Shown: one piece after another, positions 29,875 to 46,036 of the stretch | Layout of the letters: the number at the start of each line of letters is the position of its first letter | Numbering within the stretch: the first letter of the stretch is position 1 | The notes under the pieces: model-generated | Told to the model about the DNA's origin: nothing | Database searches by the model: none | Seen by the model: only the letters and a program-made list of their open reading frames with translations | Translations under genes and position numbers: made by a program | Origin: Macrostomum lignano | Lineage: Eukaryota | Assembly (NCBI GenBank): GCA_002269645.1 | Contig: NIVC01001475.1 | Location: 124,001 to 188,000 of the forward strand | Length of the DNA: 64,000 nucleotides | Reading direction: 5' to 3'

Positions 29875-30715
29875 CATGTATTGGCAAACTCTGGCCTCTG
29901 CCTCTGACTCTCCCTACGTCCCTTGGATCCTTTGAAACTTCTATCTTCTCTTCTGTTTCCTCTCTTCTCTCTCGTCCCTCGTCTCTCCTCTCTCTTCTCT
30001 CCTCTCTCCTCTCGTCTCTGTAATCACTTCTGCCTTATCTCTCCTCTGTTCTCTCTACTCTCCAATCTTTTTTTATCTGTTTACTCTCGTCTCTGCTCTC
30101 TCACCCCCCTTTTTTATCTGGCATCGTTACTGTCTTATATGTTCTCTCACCTCTCTCCTATGTACTCTTTTCTTTCCACTCTTTTGATTCCTCACTTTTC
30201 TTTTTCCTTTCTTATTTTCTCTTCTCTTCCCTCTTCTATACTCTCTCCCTCTCTTGTCTCCTCTCTTCTCTCTCCTCCATTATCTCTCATCTCTCATTTC
30301 CCATCTTTCCTTACACCTCTCTCATCTCTACAATCTTAGAGATGTAGAGATGTATCTTTATCTCTTCTCTCTTCCCTTTACTCTCTCATCTCTTCTTTCA
30401 CCTCTTTCCTCTCTGCTCTCCTCTCTGCTGTCTCCTCTCTCCTCTCATCTGCAGCTCTCTGCTCTCTCATCTCTTCTCTCTCCTCTCTTCTCGCTCCTCT
30501 CTTATCTCGCTTTTCCTCTCTCCCCTCTTTTCCCCTCTCTCTCATCTTCCTCACCCCCTATCTCTCCTATTACCTTCTATCTTTTCTCTTGGCCCCTCTC
30601 TCGCCTCTCCTCTCTTCGAATCGTCTATTCCTTCTTCTTTCCACTTTCATCGGCCTCTCAGCCATGAGCTGGATTCTTTATCTGGCCTTTGAGGTAAAAG
30701 TCTGCCCATCCCTGT
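29875..30715. mobile_element. Possible degenerate hAT-Charlie-like non-autonomous element with a CT-rich interior
   Basis: Left end CATGTATTGGCAAACTCTGGCC and right end (reverse complement) CAGGGATGGGCAGACTTTTACCTCAAAGGCCAGATA resemble Charlie/MER58-type termini. Left flank CTCTAAAA fits the NTCTANAN target consensus, but the right flank TTTGGAAA is not a matching TSD. Confidence 0.4.
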
Positions 30716-32269
30716 TTGGAAAGCCAGTTTGTGGGACGTAGTACTCTCATGGTTGTTCTTATGCTTTGATCATGTCATCTTTCATGCCAATTTGCAGCCC
30801 TGAAACGAATTTGTGTATCTTCAGTTCCACTTCAGTCTGCATCAGTCTAACAACGAAGTAAATACGCATTTCTTAGGAAACAAGTAAAATTTTCATGGTG
30901 TGCCTGATTTGTAGAATAGTAGGGTTGTATTAAATTGCATCGCCTTTTCATAAATCTTTTGCTTTTACAAACCTGGATTCCCTCGATTTGCCAATTGCCA
31001 TCCACAGTTAAACTGCTGTAGGGCAATTCCATATAATTATGGTCGTAACATGACAGGCTATTTTTACTTATAAAATGAAATCTAATAATAGAATACACTA
31101 AACCAATATTTTAAATGAAAGATTTTTTTGTCAAGAATATTTTTATAGAGTTTCATGTAGATATCATCATTAATATAGATGCTATTAAACCTTGAATGGC
31201 ACTTCTGGTCGTAACGACAGGATTTTTGACAGATAGAAACTAAAAGGTAAAAGTCTTATAACATTTTTCATTTTTGATATTTTGCAATAATTTTTTTAAA
31301 ATTCGACTAAGAACATCTTCAGAAATCATACTCTTTTTGTAGAATATATAAACTCAAAAAGGCAACAAAGATACAAAAGAAAAGGCAGCCTTATGGTCGT
31401 AACATTCTGGTCGTAACATATTTTGTTCTGTCAATTCAGTAACTTAGAGGTACCAATATATTAAAAATATAATTGATTATTTGTTCATCAATACTTTTAT
31501 CTGATGATGCAAGTACTATACTTTTATCTATAGTTTGTTTCAACCTTCCAAAGCTTTCTATTTGTTTTTAAAAGGTTCACAAACTTAATGATGTCTTTTG
31601 CTTAAAAAACTGTCCAAATTTTTACAAAAATTACTTTTTGCCACTTGATAACATACTAATCTAACATTTTATCATTCATTTATTCTTAGATTGTAGATGT
31701 TACACATAAAAAACATTTGGTAAAAAAATTGGCTAATCAGGCAGTGGCAAGCAAAAATATTGACTTTTTTCTATTTTCCAAATATGTCCATCTTATATGG
31801 AATGAGCCTGTAGAGTTTGCCTATACAGAGGGCAGTGGTTGGAATTTCTCACTTTCAGGTCTAAACGTAGCCTCTCCACTCACGGGGTGCAGAGAAGGCT
31901 ATAAATAAAGTTATTCCAAAAAAATGTACATTTGCTATGTACATTCAGCCCTATCGCTGACGGGAATGAGTGAGTGGCACAAACAGAAAAAGCAGACCAA
32001 CTTCATATGCTTACAGTTTCTTTTTCGGTTGAGTTACAGAGTTGAAACTTTACATTTAGATAGAGAATGAGTCAATGAAGAATTGTGTCAGGTTTGAAGT
32101 CAATCGCTTTATGTGGAGCAAACTTATGGCAGCCGAAAGTTGGTCAATTTTACAACCCCTTTTCCACATCTGGGCCCAGATTGGGAAAGAGAGGCAGGCG
32201 GGCGGAGGTTGGGGTGGCTGCCTCGCTGAAAAAAGCAGCCTAACTTTGCACAGCGCTGTTCAGGATTAA

Positions 32270-32603
32270 CTTTGAGACTCAAAATTTTACACGATTGTGT
32301 CAAAATAGTTGAACATTGTTTCTGTCAAATTTGAAGAGCATTAGTAAAACTGGAGCGGCGCTATGGAGGATTTAGTGAAAAAATCGCGCATTTTGAGCAG
32401 TTTTTTGTACTTTTAGGTAGGAAGACTTGAGTTTTGGAAATTTTAAGGTAGCCTAAGACATTCTCCGTAGTAAGTTTAGGGTGGGTGTAAAGTTTGGTGT
32501 AATTTGGTTGAGCGGTTTGGGAGTCCATAGCCATCAAAATTGTCCACAGACACATAGACACACAGACACACAGACAGAGTTTTGATTTTTATATGTGGAG
32601 ATT
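32270..32603 (+). mobile_element. Possible 3' part of a non-autonomous Helitron/Helentron-associated (DINE/HINE-like) element
   Basis: AAGTTTGGTGTAATTTGGTTGAGCGGTTT, then a CACAGACACACAGACAG microsatellite and a TTTTATATGTGGAGATT end: the layout recalled for such elements. 5' boundary not defined. Confidence 0.35.
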
Positions 32604-34984
32604 ACTATAGCAATTAATATAAAATGCTACTACTGATACTTAGGAACAATAAAATATTCTGAATGATAATAACAAAAGATATAGCTAGAAAACTAAAATT
32701 ATCTAAAATAAATTTTAAGAAAAAATCCAATTGTTTTATACCATAAAAGGCTTTTTTTATAACAAAGCATTAACTATTGAGAAAATCATGCTTCTTGAAA
32801 TGTTATTTATATCTATAAGCCAAAGTCCTAAAATTTTTTAGAGGCATTTATATTTTTCAATAACTTTTATAGCCTAACTAAACCTGATTCCTATTTTTGC
32901 ACTGATTTTCGGCTTTGATTTTTTAGAACTTCTACTATGTCATTTTAGCTTTAGAAATTTTGGCTTTGAATAGAAAAAATTAGTCTTTTAAAATTTAATT
33001 GTATTGTATATTTTAATTATTACTTAAACCAAAAAAACTTGGCTACAAAAATCTGCTAACAAAATAAGTGTATTTTTGTGCTTTACAAATTTAAACTTGT
33101 TTAGCAGCTAGGCTAAGAAAGTATTGTCATATCATGCTTATAGCTTAGATATTTCTTCTTTTTTATCCCTATCAACTTTTATGCATTCATTGTAAAAACA
33201 ACCATTTTGTTATTTATCCAATCATTGTACCAATAACAACTGCCTTTCCATTTATGGTTTTGGCCATAGAATAGCCAACAAGGCCTAGCTACATATTGTC
33301 ATTGCCATAGGCCCCCCTATCTTAAATTTATATAAGTTTTAGTATTTGTTTATAGTAATTACTAGGCCTAAGGCAGTCATTGTCATTGTCTTTTATAAAA
33401 TAATTAAATATGCAAAACTTAGTCTTAGGATTGCTAGCTATGTAAAAAATAGGCAAATACTATTGAAGGTTTTCAACTTATATTATCTAAATACTTAGCC
33501 TTTGCTTTTGCTACAACCTGTAAGCCCTAGTATTTTAAAGGCTAAACTCATTGCACAAATGCTAAGGCCTTTTCATATTACCAATTCCAGAACCAGAATT
33601 GGTTCGGAATTCCAAGAAAAACAGCAGTATAACTATTAAACTCTATTAATATTTGACTGCCTTAACAACCTAACTTAGCACAATTTTTCACTTTCTTCTT
33701 GGCAATTGTCATTCAATAATAAAAACTTTATAGCACATATCTCCCCCTAGTTATGAAGACAAAAAGTTATACTTCACAAATTGGTTCTGGTTCTGGAACC
33801 AGAACAAGCAACTAGATTAGACTGCAAAAGGTATAGGTCTATTTTGTCATTAGTTTGTTTTAATATTAATAAGTGTGATTAATGTTGATAACAAGAACTA
33901 CTAAGAAATAACCATTGTATAAGGCTTAATGTATTAAAAGCATATAATTCTTCCAAAATTTAAAAACCATTTGTAATTTACACTCTATAGATAGGGCCTA
34001 TTACAGTATTAGGCCCTAGTTATTAAATTTGGATGATATTTGTTTAAATTGTTTTTACTTTTATGTTGATTATAAAAATAGGGGGCCTAACTAACCTAAC
34101 CATTTTGCTATTTATACAGTCACTGTAACAATAACTGCCAAATAGAAAAGAAGAGGTGGCCTAAGAGGGACTAGGATAGAATTAGCGGAATTAGGCCTAG
34201 GCCTATAAAAAACTTTCTTTCTTGCCTTGTTAGAAATCATGGTTGATGTGCTGCAAGCTGCAGCATCAAAAAGTATTATTTGTTTGGCCCTGTTTGACAT
34301 ACATTTGGACAATTTATGTAGCATCATTAGGGGCCTACCATTTGTGCAATATCTTTGCAACATTCTTTTCTGGGTAGCACCGTAGCACACTATGTCTAGG
34401 CCTATGACTATTTCGTACGTCTAAATCTGACCAATAGATATTAGTGTTATGTCCATCATCTCTCTATTTTTTGTTGGTTGTTACTTAAGCCTAAGGGGCT
34501 AAGGCAGCAGGGCTATTGTTTTTATTATATTTCACTTCCAATTCCAATTAAAATATATTGTCAGGTCAGAGAATTGTCAAGTAGCGTCCCCGCAGCGCTA
34601 CACATTAAAGCAAATTGGACTATAACTGAAGACATTTTAAAATGCGTTTTTTGTTAAGCTTCAGGTTTTTATCAAATTTAGTTTTTTTCTTTGAAATATA
34701 AAATTCGGTGAAAAATAAGTGAAATCAATAATATTAATATAAATAAAATAATAATATAATTTAATAATGAAAACGAGAATATGAAAATAATAATAATACT
34801 TAAAATATTAACTAAAGTTATTTATTTCATTACTCTTACAACAAATAGTTTTCTCTGCAATCAAATACTGCATTGACAAAAATGTTATAATGTGTAGCGG
34901 TTCGGGTGTTGTACTTTGAGGCAGCGTGGCCAATTGAATACGATGCGAGAAGCAATTGCAGGGTAGAAAAAGCTTGCTTTGAAA

Positions 34985-37270
34985 AAGATTTTCTCCTTAT
35001 CTGTTGGCGGCTCCTTCCAGTTGGCTTGCAGCTTTGCGGCGACACTGCGAATGAGCGGATCGGCCTGCGAGTGCTTGTCCAGCAGCTCGGCCGATAGAAT
35101 CCCGTCTAGCACCTGGTGGATGTCGGCCATCTCGTCGTCGTCGTCGCCGCTGTCTGTCGACTCAGATGGTCGCTCGAAACGGGACAGGAAGTCTGGCACA
35201 ATTTTGTCTTGACTCTTTTCCAGGCTTATACTCGACGTTGAAGTTGTACTGCAGGAGCCGGTCGTTCCATCGGTGGATGCGCAGCGGCTTGTGCCCGGTG
35301 CCTTGGGTACACAGCAGTGCCTTGAGAGCCGAATGGTCAGTGCGTAAAGTCAGCCGTCTGCCGTAGGTGTAGATGTGCCAGCGCTCGAGAGCCCAGATGC
35401 ACGCCAGAGCCTCTTTCTCACGTTGGTGTCAGTGCTCGCGAGGCGTAGGCCACCAGCTTCTCTGACTCGCCTACGCGTTGAAGCAGCACCGCGCCAAGCG
35501 CGAAGTCAAACGCGTCGCACTCGACGATGGTGTCAGCGTTGCAGTCGAAGTGGCTTAGCACCGGCGGACTCGTCAGCTGTTGCTTGAGCTCGGCGAAAGC
35601 AGCGTTGCATTCGCTCGTCCAGTGGAAGACGGTGTCCTTCTTGAGCAGCTCTCGCAGTGGTCTCGCCGTCTTGGCGAAGTCGGGTATGAACTTGGCGAAG
35701 TAGTTGACGGTTGCCAGGAATGACGAGACGCCCCGCGCTGTCGTCGGTGCCGGGATGCGGAGCACATCTTTATGTTAGACTTGGACGGTCGAACTCCATC
35801 GGCTGAGATCCTGCAGCCCAAGAACACGATCTCCGGGGACGCCGATCTGGCATTTCTCCTTGTTCAGCGTCAGCCCGGTTTCGCTGAGACGTTCGAGTAC
35901 TGCCTGAAGCCGCTTGCCGTGCTCGTCAGAGTTGACGCCGAGAATGACGATGTCGTCCACTGAGTGCCGGACACCATTGATGTCGGCCAGAACGGTTGAC
36001 AGGATTTTCTGGAAACAGGCACAAGAACTGGACATGCCAAACGGGACCCTCGTGAACTGGTAGAGCCCGCAGTGAGTGATGAACGCGGTCAGCTGCCTAC
36101 TGCCGGGGTGCAGTGGGATCTGCAGGTAGCTTTGCTTCAGGTCCAGCTTGCTGAAGATCTGCGCGCCTGCAAACTCTGCGGCCAGCTCCTCCTGGGTCGG
36201 CACGGGAAACTTATCCGGGTTGATCCCTTGGTTGCAGTTGCGCAGGTCAACGCACAGTCGCAGGTCGCCATTCTTCTTCTTGGATACGACTAGATTGGAC
36301 ACCTAGGGAGAGGCATCAATCTTCTCGATGACACTTGCGGCCTCCATCTTACTTAGCTCGCCCTTCACGCGGTCCTGAAGTGCCAGCGGCACCCGGCGCA
36401 GCGGCTGAACTGTCGGTGTCGCATCTTGGCGCAGCTGTGGTCGATGGCAAAACTTCTTGGCCATACCGATGCCGTCGAAGATTCCCGGGAACTCTCCAGC
36501 GATTCATCGATGTTGTTGATTGCGTTGACTCGGATTGAGAATCCCAGCTTGTCCATGCCGTCCAGACCAAGGATGTTAGCACCTCGTCGTGCGATGAAGA
36601 AGCGGCAGATGGCGGACTTGCCGCAGTGCACAACGCACAGCTCTGCGGTCCCGAGCACGTCAATTGCAGAGCCTGTGTACGAGAACAGCTGCTTCGGAGT
36701 CGGCGTGATGACCGGTTGCTTCGGCAGGCGTTTCACGGTCTTCTCGTTGATGATGTTGACTCTTGAGCCCGTGTCCAATAGGAGACTGACGTCGATGTCA
36801 GCGATGCTGCACGTCGCGAAGTTAAGGAGCGACGCTCCATATTCTACCGCAGATACTACGAATGGCTCGTCGCCTTCTTCCTTTACGGTGCGAACCTGGC
36901 GTCGCTGTCGGCAGCAAGCTTTGAAGTGTCCGACCTTGTGGCAGTGCAAGCAGGTCTCTCCATAAGCAGTCGCTCTCGAATGCGCGGCGAATGGGCCTTC
37001 TCGATGATCTGGTCCCGGATCATCTGATCACGGAGAGCCCCGTATTCGCAGTCTGCCGCGAGTTCTCGGAGGGCGTCGACGAACTGGCTGACTGGCTCGC
37101 CTGGCATCTGGGCGCGCGACTTGAACTTGTAGCGGTTGCTGATTGTGCTGTGCGACTGACTGAAGATCGTTTTCAGTGCAGCCACCAGCTTGTCAAACGT
37201 ATCAACGCTCGTTGTGGGCAGATTCCTCAGCAGACTAAATCCCGATCTTTGCAAGGCATAACGCTTCAAA
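34985..37270 (-). mobile_element. Decayed Ty3/Gypsy LTR retrotransposon internal fragment (partial gag, CCHC knuckle, protease, RT, RNase H); no integrase core or LTRs seen
   Basis: gag RYKFKSRAQMPGEPVSQFVDALRELA; knuckle CLHCHKVGHFKACC; protease LLDTGS; RT LRLCVDLR, FSKLDLKQSYLQI, PFGMSSS, SVDD; RNase H CDAFDFALGAVL, AYASRALT, EKEALA, TDH. Multiple frameshifts and a TAG at 36303-36305. Confidence 0.92.
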
Positions 37271-38163
37271 GTAACGCTAAGGGTGAAAGCGGCTTGCCGA
37301 TCTGCTAATCTAAATAGTGAACTATCCAATTAACCGCTAAACAAACCGTCTTCCTGCCTTTATTCGTCACATGGGGTTTATATATTCGGATCCAGGTAAG
37401 CTCGTCAACTTTTTATTCGTCAACTGTGTTGACGAGTTTACCACGGTTTGCATAGCGCGTAACTGATATGCAGTATAACAAAAGTGTATAGAAGTAAGAG
37501 ATGGAAACAGAAGCATATGGTATAGACTGCTGCGTGCTGCAGTGCGCTGCTGTCTCTTATCCAGGCAATTTAGCATAAAGACATTCCGCGGCGATAGATG
37601 ATCTGCCGATCTGGCGACAGTAAAGGCTAGGCAGGCATTGTCACGATTGACAAATTGTCATGTCCTATGCCTAAAAACCAGCATTACCATGACACGGCTC
37701 GGCTCATTGTTTTTACGCCACACTTAGAGACTCGGCGGCCGTGTCTATAATGCAGAAACTTATAGACACGGCGGCCGTGTCTCTAATAGTGACTAGGTCC
37801 ATACTTGGGTCATGGGTCAGAGACAAGGACAGGAAAAAGATCTTGATACGTGCGGCTTCAACAATCTAGATCAGATTTTGATTTAATGAAACAGTTTGCA
37901 GTAAGGTGGAGCAATGGATGTGCATTTAAAATTACTGGAGACTTACAACTGATTGCTGAGTTAAGAAAGCCATATGGAGTTCGGCAATCCATAACTTGAC
38001 AACTAGAAGTACATGTAAGTTTATGCACTATAGATAGGCAGTACACTCCTAGAAAACAAGACAAAGCGCCGGCTTCAAAACAAGAGGGTTTGAATTGACA
38101 TTGGATTACCGCGTACGAATATACAGCAGTAACATTTTATATTATGGATGGACGGATTTAGCT

Positions 38164-38882
38164 CAACAACAACATCAACAAGGTACTGCTCCCGCCGGCC
38201 ACGCAGTAGCCAGAAAGGGGGGAGCAGTCAGAAAGCGCGTCTCTGGGCCATTGCCCTCAGGAAGTCGCATCCCCCTGCTTGGTCCGGGGCGCCAGCGTCA
38301 CTCAGAAGTCGGTCAGGGTATCGCACCGTTCGCCCTTGGCCTCACCTCCGCGGTCCCTGCAGCTTGAGCAGCAGCACGTCGTGTAGCGGCTCAGGACAGC
38401 GGGCCTCCGACCGGATGACGTGGCCAGCCAGTCGAAGTCGCCGCCCGCGCAGCAGGTCAGAAGGCCGCGTCAGGCGCGCCCTAGTGTAGAGCGCGGCATT
38501 GGTCTCGCTGCCTGGGCCGCTGCGCACTCCGAAAGCCGCACGCAGCATAGCCGCATGCGCAGCGTCCAGCTGCCTCTCCAAGGCGTCCGTCAGGGTCCAA
38601 GTCTCGGCGTTGTACAACAGGACAGTCTCGACGACTGCCTGAAACAGCCGAGCCTTGAGCCCGTCGTCCAGGGCCTCAGATTGGAGCACGGAGCGCACAG
38701 ATCGAAATGCGGCCCAGGCCAGTCCTCGTCGTCTCTTCAGGTCGTCGGCAACGTCCGGCACGGAACCGCCGAGGTACACAAAGCGCTCGCAGCGGGTAAG
38801 CATAAATGCATTCCCGGCAGCGTCTCGGTAATTGATCTCGGCCGGCAAGTCGGAGGGCACCGTGAACACTACCGTCTTCTAT
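38164..38882 (-). mobile_element. 5'-truncated RTE-clade non-LTR retrotransposon (C-terminal part of the RT ORF)
   Basis: FVYLG, KARLFQAVVETVLLYNAETW and RRLRLAGHVIR motifs. (TTG)n-like 3' tail at 38164-38180. Direct repeat ATTTAGCT at 38156-38163 and 38883-38890 is the likely TSD. Confidence 0.88.
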
Positions 38883-39677
38883 ATTTAGCTATATTACCAT
38901 TAAAACTAGACTGTTTCAGAGTGCATTGCGTTTAGTTAGTTTGCATCACATATATAGTCTGATTGCGGATATTTATTTGCTGAGAATTAATACTCCTGGT
39001 ACTACTTTTTGCGCCAATAATTAGCCTAATATATACATTCAAGTGTCGGATTTACTCGTATCTACCCAGATAATAATTTACGTAAACTACGAACAACATG
39101 TATAAGATAAGCATGTGGGGACAAGAACGACATTTACTTTATGAATTATTGTGTACGACTGAGTAGGATAACCTTGAGCTCAATTTTCTACATATATCCA
39201 ATTCATACAAACCCATTCGACTCGAGTAAATAAGACAAACAGACAAAAACATCGTAAAATGGTTTAAAGCATTTTACACAGCTAAAAGCAACAAAAACAT
39301 TAAAAAAGTTGAATAGTGTATTTTTGCACATGATTACTCTTCCATATAGTAGTACCGGATGACACAAGTAACTGCACAAAAGTAACAATATACAAATAGT
39401 AATATATTTGCGCCATAGAAAACCGCTGACGACAACAAATATGCTAAAAATCTACAGTGTACTATATTTGTTGACAAAAAAATCACAAAAATATTGAACG
39501 ATAAACTCAGGAGAGTACGAGTATGTAAATTTCATGAAAGTAGACTTTTGTAGATAGAAAAAAATGCGTTCAACAAAAACAACAATGACTTATTCGGTCT
39601 GTTTACCAATGAAAACGAGATTAAGCGAGAATTTGTAGTACATTATACAAGTCGAACATAACAAGTCGTCATCGCGC

Positions 39678-43153
<3,476 letters not shown>

Positions 43154-43361
43154 TTTGCTTTTCGTACGTTGGTATTATAATTATAACTAATATTAATAAC
43201 GCTTAGTTGCGTTGTTTAACGGAGAATCTAGCAGCTGGTTCATTGAACTTTTTTGTCTCGCGACTGCAGAGTTCAAGGCTTCAAGTGCTGCAATTGAGAA
43301 GTAAGATTATGCAAAATTATACATAAAGAGTATCTGGAGTAGCAAAAAAGTTATAGGCAGA

Positions 43362-44960
43362 TAGCCCTAACTGGTGACAGGGAAGATAGTCAGTCTTACT
43401 TGAATACAGGGGAGATAGCCCTACCTGGTGTCAGGGGAGATAGCCCTACCTGGTGTCAGGGGAGATAGCCCTACCTGGTGTCAGGGGAGATAGCCCTACC
43501 TGGTGTCAGGGGAGATAGCCCTACCTGGTGTCAGGGGAGATAGCCCTACCTGGTGTCAGGGGAGATAGCCCTACCTGGTGTCAGGGGAGATAGCCCTACC
43601 TGGTGACAGGGGAGATAGCCCTACCTGGTGACAGGGAAGATAGTCAGTCTTACTTAAATACAGGGGAGATAGCCCTACCTGGTGTCAGGGGAGATAGCCC
43701 TACCTGGTGTCAGGGGAGATAGCCCTACCTGGTGTCAGGGGAGATAGCCCTACCTGGTGACAGGGGAGATAGCCCTACCTGGTGTCAGGGGAGATAGCCC
43801 TACCTGGTGACAGGGGAGATAGCCCTACCTGGTGACAGGGGAGATAGCCCTACCTGGTGTCAGGGGAGATAGCCCTACCTGGTGTCAGGGGAGATAGCCC
43901 TACCTGGTGACAGGGGAGATAGCCCTACCTGGTGACAGGGGAGATAGCCCTACCTGGTGTCAGGGGAGATAGCCCTACCTGGTGACAGGGGAGATAGCCC
44001 TACCTGGTGTCAGGGGAGATAGCCCTACCTGGTGACAGGGGAGACAGCCCTACCTGGTGTCAGGGGAGATAGCCCTACCTGGTGACAGGAAAGATAACCA
44101 TCCCTACCTGGTGACAGGGGATATAGCCCTACCTGGTGTCAGGGGAGATAGCCCTACCTGGTGACAGGGAAGATAACCATCCCTACCTGGTGACAGGGGA
44201 TATAGCCCTACCTGGTGTCAGGGGAGATAGCCCTACCTGATGACAGGAAAGATAACCATCCCTACCTGGTGACAGGGGATATAGCCCTACCTGGTGTCAG
44301 GGGAGATAGCCATACCTGGTGACAGGGAAGATAGCTCTACCTGGTGACAGGGGAGATAGCCCTACCTGGTGTCAGGGGAGATAACCATCCCTACCTGGTG
44401 ACAGGGGAGATAGCCTACCTGGTGACAGGGGAGATAGCTCTACCTGGTGACAGGGGAGATAACCCTACCTGGTGACAGGGGAGATAGCCCTACCTGGTGA
44501 CAGGGGAGATAGCCTACCTGGTGACAGGGGAGATAGCTCTACCTGGTGACAGGGGAGATAGCCCTACCTGGTGACAGGGGAGATAGCCCTACCTGGTGAC
44601 AGGGGAGATAGCCGTACCTGGTGACAGGGGAGATAGCCGTACCTGGTGACAGGGGAGATAGCCCTACCTGGTGACAGGGTAGATAGCCCTACCTGGTGAC
44701 AGGGGAGATAACCCTACCTGGTGTCAGGGGAGATAGCCCTACCTGGTGACAGGGGAGATAGCCGCACCTGGTGACAGGGGAGATAGCCCTACCTGGTGAC
44801 AGGGGAGATAGCCGCACCTGGTGACAGGGGAGATAGCCCTACCTGGTGACAGGGGAGATAGCCGCACCTGGTGACAGGGGAGATAGCCCTACCTGGTGAC
44901 AGGGGAGATAGCCCTACCTGGTGACAGGGGAGATAGCCCTACCTGGTGACAGGGGAGATA
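43362..44960. repeat. 25-nt minisatellite CAGGGGAGATAGCCCTACCTGGTGT, about 62 copies, upstream of CRBN
   Basis: Tandem units; the interrupting segment GTCAGTCTTACTTRAATA is duplicated near 43388 and 43641. Confidence 0.97.
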
Positions 44961-45643
44961 TTCTAATCGCAACAAATAAGGCAGAGCAATAGACCGACAT
45001 AAGTACGCGAAACGCCATCTGCGGGTAAAAGTTGCATGTAAAAGCACAATTAGCTATATGAATGGTGACTGCTCGATTACTTATAAAAGGTACCAACGAT
45101 TGATTGAAGCAATGTATCAATGCATAAACAGAACTGATAGGCAGCGTATTAACTAATAAATTAATTAATTTACATTTGCAGAGTAAATTGCAGACCAAGA
45201 GAAATGCAAATATGTATAATTTTTAGCACCAGAAATATAAACACGAAGACTGTCTGAGAGGATTCTTAAAACAATGACAATAGATTCGGAAAGTTATATT
45301 TTTTACTATACTATACAATATTATAAAATAAACAAATGCAACATTATAACAAGAAAGTATGGGGTACGCCGTCACAAAATTAATATAAAAATAGGGCAGT
45401 TATACTAGTAGATATGTGGAAACTAAATTATAAAATAATTGATTCACTTATATAATAAAAATTGCTTTATTTCCGCCTCAAATTTATACAGGTATTAGGC
45501 ATTGACTGTTGGGAATCACCTGTTAAGGTCAGATCAATTTTTTTCACAAATCACGAGACAATCGCGTGACTTCTAAATGACATACTTTTAACACTGTTTA
45601 ATTAAGACAAGTCTTTCCACGACTCAATGGCGTGATTTCAATA

Positions 45644-45951
45644 TGACCTTGAGTGATTTTCAGCAGCCAATAGAATACGTACAATACTTAGTGACCTTGA
45701 AAATCAACTAGCAGCAATTGCGCACGCACGACGTATTGGGGCAACAGAACTGTTTCAATGCACTCCTTCCCACTAGGCAAGTGGCGTGATTTTTAAAATG
45801 ACCTTGAGGGGATTTCCTATGGACACATTATACAAATTGTGACCTTGAAAATATCGCTATGTTGCTGAAAAGAGGAGTAACGTGACAGCAGTTATTCTCT
45901 AATGGATTTAATTACACGAGAGAATAGCGCGGCCTTGAATAGTGACCTTGA
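45644..45951. promoter_or_regulatory. Cluster of five TGACCTTGA (TCAAGGTCA) motifs, NR5A/ERR-type monomer consensus
   Basis: Exact 9-mers at 45644, 45692, 45799, 45840 and 45943; function is inferred only. Confidence 0.4.
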
Positions 45952-46036
45952 GGGAATTCCCAACTCTAAACGCCTCACAACTTTGACTATACATTATAAA
46001 ATGTACGGAACAACAGACAAAAGCTACTACTACTGA

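Noticed and set aside
34500-37650. LTR pair, PBS or PPT around the Gypsy fragment
   Set aside because: No matching direct repeats or polypurine tract were visible by eye
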